From positions 1,285,212-1,349,211 of the forward strand of contig NC_057759.1 of assembly GCF_004010195.1 (NCBI RefSeq): 64,000 nucleotides of DNA, written 5' to 3'. Positions 63,733 through 64,000 of this stretch are shown here, piece after piece; positions within the stretch are counted from its first letter, which is position 1, and the number at the start of each line of letters is the position of its first letter. This DNA comes from Chiloscyllium plagiosum (taxonomy: Eukaryota). The position numbers and the translations under genes are program-made. Below the pieces are notes generated by a model. It was not told the DNA's origin and made no database searches. It was given only the letters and a program-made list of their open reading frames with translations.

Positions 63733-64000
63733 CTGAATCTTTCGTTTATTTTGTTTTCTTTGAAATGTAGATCGTAGATTTAGGTAATCTTTGTCTTTCC
63801 TGGTTTTGCATTTGTGTTCTCCTTTCGATTTATCAGTTTCATGGCCATCATTTTTTGAGGGTAAATTTCTCAGCGTTCTCAGGTGTCCATAATATCTGGA
63901 ATTCTTCTGAAGCTGCTTCCTTTTAGTTAACACAATCTTTAATTTCTTAAGTTAAACATTGGGTTTCACCTTCCCGTTCTTTGGTGTATGTTCCTTAGAG

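Overview
Eukaryotic, repeat-saturated genomic DNA, almost certainly from a shark (cartilaginous fish), judged from HE1-type V-SINEs with CR1/HER1-type partner LINEs. There are three assembly gaps: 2280-2779, 18715-19214 and 44344-44484. Most of the window is fragmented and nested CR1, L2 and Penelope-like (PLE) retrotransposons plus several SINE families, and nearly all ORFs in the track are retroelement debris. Gene-like content is limited to three items. (1) A two-exon GPR139/GPR142-like class A GPCR on the minus strand (exon 1 48485-48311, exon 2 20585-19678) with one in-frame TAG and DRF changed to DQF, so probably a pseudogene. (2) A decayed C2H2 zinc-finger exon at 14.6-15.2 kb. (3) The probable 5' end of an unidentified minus-strand gene (CpG/YY1 promoter near 2.9 kb, micro-exons at 1135-1119 and 157-126). 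The most notable signal is about a dozen PLE pseudo-LTR-derived insertions that carry a minimal hammerhead-ribozyme core. Several of them share one architecture: a 10-16 bp TSD, a fixed 3' end, and an inverted 5' segment joined to the TSD by microhomology. In one case the inverted segment is 230 bp of neighbouring host DNA. An old segmental duplication with a ~25-28 kb offset provides empty-site controls. All family names come from motif recognition; no database search was run, so novelty is unverified.
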